Positions 60,141 to 64,000 of a DNA stretch of 64,000 nucleotides are shown here, one piece after another. Each line of letters starts with the position of its first letter. Position 1 is the first letter of the stretch. A program made the translations under genes and the position numbers. Source of the DNA: an uncultured virus (IMG/VR IMGVR_UViG_3300023109_001853) (Duplodnaviria > Heunggongvirae > Uroviricota > Caudoviricetes); the IMG/VR virus record IMGVR_UViG_3300023109_001853; one strand, 5' to 3'. Below the pieces are notes generated by a model. That model saw only the letters and a list, made by a program, of their open reading frames with translations. It was not told the origin of the DNA and did not search any database.

Positions 60141-60525
60141 CTGTTAGTTCAATGAACTCGCTTAGAAAGTTGAAATGTGTAGCTAGTGTATTAAACAACT
60201 CAGGATGTTTTTCGCCTGCTACTATTTCATATGATGATGAACCTATGTCTTGATAGTATCTACGACTAAGTCCTTTACGTTCTCCTATACTAGGAAATAC
60301 TCCACTTACAAACAAACAAGTGTCGCCCAATGATTTTGCATCTCTACTATTTTTTATTGTTAAAAATGCAGTTGCAAAAGTGTCTGGGAGGAAATCTTTT
60401 TTGTCAACAAAGTTAGCAAGAAGCATAACAACATATGCTTCGATCGGTTCAGGTAAGTCATATCCGCGTGTTGCAGATGTTTCTTTTACAACGTCAAACA
60501 ACGCTGTCGTATAGGCATCATTCAT
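60100..60525 (-). CDS. conserved hypothetical protein
   Basis: ATG 5 nt after minus-strand TAAATA; LGD.CLFVSGVFP..YY..IG.S.Y. Confidence 0.7.
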   Translation of the reverse strand: MNDAYTTALFDVVKETSATRGYDLPEPIEAYVVMLLANFVDKKDFLPDTFATAFLTIKNSRDAKSLGDTCLFVSGVFPSIGERKGLSRRYYQDIGSSSYEIVAGEKHPELFNTLATHFNFLSEFIELTVNTSKHSQSNLFR

Positions 60526-60552
60526 ATAAGTATTTAGTACAGGAGAAAAATC

Positions 60553-60759
60553 ATGAGTGAACAAAAACAATGGTTATATAAGGTAGAAGACATTTTTGAA
60601 GACATACCCGATGATCCAAAAAATGTTAATATGAATATTCCAAAAGAAATTTCAGACGAAATTGGACTAGTCCCTGGAGATCCGATTAAAATAAGCTGGG
60701 GAGACCAAGGTAGTATTATTATAGAAAAAATAGAAAAGGATTCAAGTGGCGAAAAATAA
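60553..60759 (+). CDS. AbrB/MazE-like small DNA-binding protein
   Basis: NIPKEI..IGL.PGD.I.I..GSIIIEK. Confidence 0.75.
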   Translation: MSEQKQWLYKVEDIFEDIPDDPKNVNMNIPKEISDEIGLVPGDPIKISWGDQGSIIIEKIEKDSSGEK

Positions 60760-60967
60760 CGAGTTATTTGAAATGGAGGGCACAGTAGTAGAAGTTCTCC
60801 GTAATCAGATGTTTAAAGTTGAATTAGATAATGGGCATATAGTTACTTGCTACACAGGCGGCAAAATGCGTAAATTTAAGATACGTATTGTAGTAGGTGA
60901 CAGTGTTACGGTAGAAATGACACCATATGACTTAGAAAAAGGCCGCATTATATATCGTGACAAATAG
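60746..60967 (+). CDS. infA: translation initiation factor IF-1
   Basis: [46 protein letters not shown]. Confidence 0.96.
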   Translation: MAKNNELFEMEGTVVEVLRNQMFKVELDNGHIVTCYTGGKMRKFKIRIVVGDSVTVEMTPYDLEKGRIIYRDK

Positions 60968-61000
60968 CTAAGTCATTGATTTTTAACGATATCATTTTGG

Positions 61001-61029
61001 TTGACATTATATGATATTAGTGTATAATA
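61001..61029 (+). promoter_or_regulatory. consensus sigma70 promoter with upstream IHF-like site (60969-60981)
   Basis: TTGACA-N17-TATAAT; TAAGTCATTGATT upstream. Confidence 0.85.
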
Positions 61030-61072
61030 GTATATGTAATAACAACTAAGGCAACTAAAGGCAACTATTACT

Positions 61073-61510
61073 ATGGCTATTAGAATTACTGGTGGTACTA
61101 AGAATCAAAAGAAGTACGCAAGAAGTATGGTTAAGTTTTGTATTAAAACACTCATGCCCCGTATGACAACACTTGATATTACTATTAAACTAAAGCGTCC
61201 TAATGGTGCATTGGGCTATTGCTTAGAGCTAGATGATAAACGCACTTTTGAAATCGAAGCCGATCGAACACAGCGTATGCGTAGATTGCTAGAAACTATT
61301 GCACACGAAATGGTACACGTTAAGCAATATGCTCGCAGAGAGTTGCACCCGGCAACTGACACATGGTGTGGCAAAACATACAATCCTGAGAAAGTGAGCT
61401 ACTGGGATCTTCCTTGGGAGATTGAAGCACACGGGCGTGAATTAGGATTGTTTGTACGTTGGGCAGAAGAAAACAACCTCGGTGATAAGAAGTGGACACA
61501 CTATGTCTAA
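61073..61510 (+). CDS. HExxH metallopeptidase-like protein
   Basis: TIAHEMVHVKQ..Y.DLPWEIEA. Confidence 0.85.
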   Translation: MAIRITGGTKNQKKYARSMVKFCIKTLMPRMTTLDITIKLKRPNGALGYCLELDDKRTFEIEADRTQRMRRLLETIAHEMVHVKQYARRELHPATDTWCGKTYNPEKVSYWDLPWEIEAHGRELGLFVRWAEENNLGDKKWTHYV

Positions 61511-61760
61511 ATACAAAGAAAAATTCTTTAAGCCTACTGATGTATTTGATTTTAAAACGCATTGGGCAGTAGGACTTGAATATCCTATCAAAGGTAGCAA
61601 AGACAATACCTATCTTGTTGCTATCACAGCTAAAGGCTTTACGTGTGACTGTCCTGGATTTACATTTCGTGGCAAGTGCAAACACACAGAAGCAGTAGCA
61701 CAACGATGGCGTGATGTATTGTCAGATGACTTTGAAGAAAAGTTCTTGACAATTAAGTAA
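61503..61760 (+). CDS. SWIM zinc finger protein
   Basis: GS..Y.V..FTCDCPGF..RGKCKH. Confidence 0.85.
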   Translation: MSKYKEKFFKPTDVFDFKTHWAVGLEYPIKGSKDNTYLVAITAKGFTCDCPGFTFRGKCKHTEAVAQRWRDVLSDDFEEKFLTIK

Positions 61761-61804
61761 ACGGTGCTATACTTAATTTAACAACAAAATATGGAAGAAA
61801 AATC

Positions 61805-62350
61805 ATGGCAAAAGTAATTAGATCTAAGTGGTATAAATTTATAGGCGATGCCTACGAATATCACGGTCAAGATCGAGACTCCAAAGAACGCACACACAGT
61901 GATGTAGGTTGGCGCCTTCGTAGTAAAAAATACGGCGGAGTTGCTACATTTGCTAAAATTCCTTTAATCGAGTCTGTACAAGATAGACCGTGTCCTCTAA
62001 AAGAAAAACAAAGCGGAATTTATATCTTGCGAGATAGTATTTTTCCTGAAGGGTTTTATATTGGCAAAGGAAAGTGTATACATGATCGAGTATGGAAACA
62101 CGGTGTTAAACTTGAAGGTACTAGTAAGTGGAACAAAGGCGTTGAAACTACAAAAGAATTTGAAAAATATCGCCAATTGCGTAATGCAAAGGGTTTAACA
62201 ACACTAGATGATGTTGAAATTGCTTTTTGGTTTACTGATAAAATTGATGAGCTAGAAGATCAGTTGTTAGGTGCTTATACTGCAAAATATAATAAAACTC
62301 CAAGTTGTAATGACACTGACGAAGCAATGTTCGACGAATGGGACATTTAA
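61805..62350 (+). CDS. GIY-YIG nuclease family protein
   Basis: SGIYIL..FYIGKG..RV.KH..LE..N. Confidence 0.75.
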   Translation: MAKVIRSKWYKFIGDAYEYHGQDRDSKERTHSDVGWRLRSKKYGGVATFAKIPLIESVQDRPCPLKEKQSGIYILRDSIFPEGFYIGKGKCIHDRVWKHGVKLEGTSKWNKGVETTKEFEKYRQLRNAKGLTTLDDVEIAFWFTDKIDELEDQLLGAYTAKYNKTPSCNDTDEAMFDEWDI

Positions 62351-62414
62351 GGCCAGTTTTATCTCTGTTAAAAATATGAGATCATAAATAAATGTACCAA
62401 TAGGAGATAACTAA

Positions 62415-63311
62415 ATGACAGTACAGGCACAAACTAATAAAATATTAATTGAAAATAAAATCGGTCGCAAGATGTGGGTATGGGACTCGGATAGTTTTTA
62501 TACACAAAGGTTGCAAGCAGGTCCGTATCAAAAACAAAATCTATTGCATTTACGCAATCTTTGTCCTAATCCAAGAACTATTTTAGATATTGGAATGAAC
62601 ATCGGAATGAATACTTGGGAATATGCTACATTTGCTAAAACAGTACATGGGTTCGAGCCTGTTCCTGAAACTTACAAGGTTGCATTAGATAATATTGCAA
62701 TGAATGTAAAAGATTATAAAACAGACACTGGCTGGCTACGCCGCAAAGATGGAACTTTTGAATCATTAGAAATTACAGGTGACATCCATACACATAATAT
62801 TGCACTAGGCCCAGTAGGAGGTCCTAGTAAAGTAGAAATGCATATTAAGAAAAATGATGGACACAATCGTGTAGCAAATGACAATGGCGAGTTTAAAACT
62901 GTAACAGGAAAAGATATTAAACGAAACACAGGATACGAACGTGTAGAAATTGATCAACGTACTCTTGACAGTTACGGATTTGAAGATGTTGATGTTATTA
63001 AAATTGACACAGAAGGTTACGAACTTTTAGTACTAGAAGGTGCTGATCAAACTATTACAAACAACCGTCCGATTGTACAAGTTGAATGTGTAGATATTCA
63101 GCCACGAGCATTTGGTAGAACTATACAAGAATTGTTTGATTATTTTAATGATAGAGATTATATAATAACCACAGCGGACGGTGTAGTTCGTGGTCCAGAA
63201 TGGTGTTATGTTAAGAAGATGATGGACAGGTTTATGATTCCAAAAGAACGGACTGACTTATATACACTTCCTGAAGAACAACCGTTTAATCAATTATTTG
63301 AAGAAATTTAA
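62415..63311 (+). CDS. FkbM family methyltransferase
   Basis: LDIGMNIG, FEP, TLD, IKIDTEGYE..VLEGA..P...E. Confidence 0.92.
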   Translation: MTVQAQTNKILIENKIGRKMWVWDSDSFYTQRLQAGPYQKQNLLHLRNLCPNPRTILDIGMNIGMNTWEYATFAKTVHGFEPVPETYKVALDNIAMNVKDYKTDTGWLRRKDGTFESLEITGDIHTHNIALGPVGGPSKVEMHIKKNDGHNRVANDNGEFKTVTGKDIKRNTGYERVEIDQRTLDSYGFEDVDVIKIDTEGYELLVLEGADQTITNNRPIVQVECVDIQPRAFGRTIQELFDYFNDRDYIITTADGVVRGPEWCYVKKMMDRFMIPKERTDLYTLPEEQPFNQLFEEI

Positions 63312-63390
63312 ATAAAAAACTTGACTTTATTGTGTTTTGGTTATATAATATACATATAGTAAGAAATTAGGCAACCACATAGAGGCTATT

Positions 63391-63912
63391 ATGAATTATA
63401 AACTTTTACTTCCTGCTGTAGTAATATCAGCAGTTACACTATCAGGATGTTCGTCGTTCGGACCCAATCGAATGGTAGAACTTGATGCTATTAAAGCAGA
63501 CGAAGCAGATAAAGTTCCTGCATTTTACATCGAATCACAGCCTGAAAACAGAGCTGCTGGGCGAGGTGTAGCAGATGGACCGGACGCAATTAACATTGCT
63601 ATGACACTAGCTCGTCATAACGCTATGATGCGACTGTGTCGAAATTTAGAAAGTACTACTGAAGGTAGAGTAACTACTAAATCTACACAAACCGCTCGCG
63701 GAACATCAAGCGGTACTGCTTCACAGGCTAGTATCTTTTCTCAGTCACAGTGCCGAGCTGAAGTTGGCAACATTGAACCTTTAGAAATTAAAGTACTTCA
63801 AGATGGCAACAATCGAGTAGCATACGTTTTGATCGAATCTAATAGTGTGCGCCCTGTGGTTGAAAATACATTTAGTGCCCAGGATCAGGCTGCGTTAAAC
63901 GAAGTACAATAA
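63391..63912 (+). CDS. lipoprotein (LPP20-like)
   Basis: Lipobox LSGC; own TTGACT promoter. Confidence 0.65.
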   Translation: MNYKLLLPAVVISAVTLSGCSSFGPNRMVELDAIKADEADKVPAFYIESQPENRAAGRGVADGPDAINIAMTLARHNAMMRLCRNLESTTEGRVTTKSTQTARGTSSGTASQASIFSQSQCRAEVGNIEPLEIKVLQDGNNRVAYVLIESNSVRPVVENTFSAQDQAALNEVQ

Positions 63913-64000
63913 TATGGATCAGTTTCTAACAGGATTAGTAGTTGGTGCAATTGGTTTTGCTTTGATGTTTTCACAGCCGCCAAAGGTAGTAGAAGTACTT

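Overview
A 64 kb segment of a large lytic tailed phage genome with T4-like late promoters (TAAATA) and sigma70-type early promoters. The host is very probably a marine alphaproteobacterium (Rhodobacterales-like), judged from a circularly permuted two-piece tmRNA, Shemin-pathway ALA synthase, hemO-pcyX, pseudoazurin, DUF1127 small proteins and a porin. Bases 1-2750 hold small early genes, each with its own promoter, and a ~1 kb repeat- and IHF-site-rich non-coding tract (origin or genome end). Part of that early region almost completely lacks GA and GG on the + strand. The middle carries putative virion-internal proteins, a tail adhesin, nrdAB, Fe-S carriers, S21, GroES/GroEL/Hsp20/ClpS and bilin synthesis genes. 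The best candidate for an undescribed system is 48.7-56.6 kb: Fis-like HTH, CsgF with an inserted carbohydrate-binding module, CsgG, two curlin-repeat proteins, a FecR-domain protein and a CHASE2 adenylate cyclase, with a CRP-like palindrome at the curlin promoter. Other observations are twin ROSE-like thermometers on groEL and hsp20, a probable -1 frameshift in a head-core gene, an SGNH esterase-SleB fusion lysin, and a LysR box over the DUF1127 operon. All calls are from reading motifs by eye; no database searches were run.
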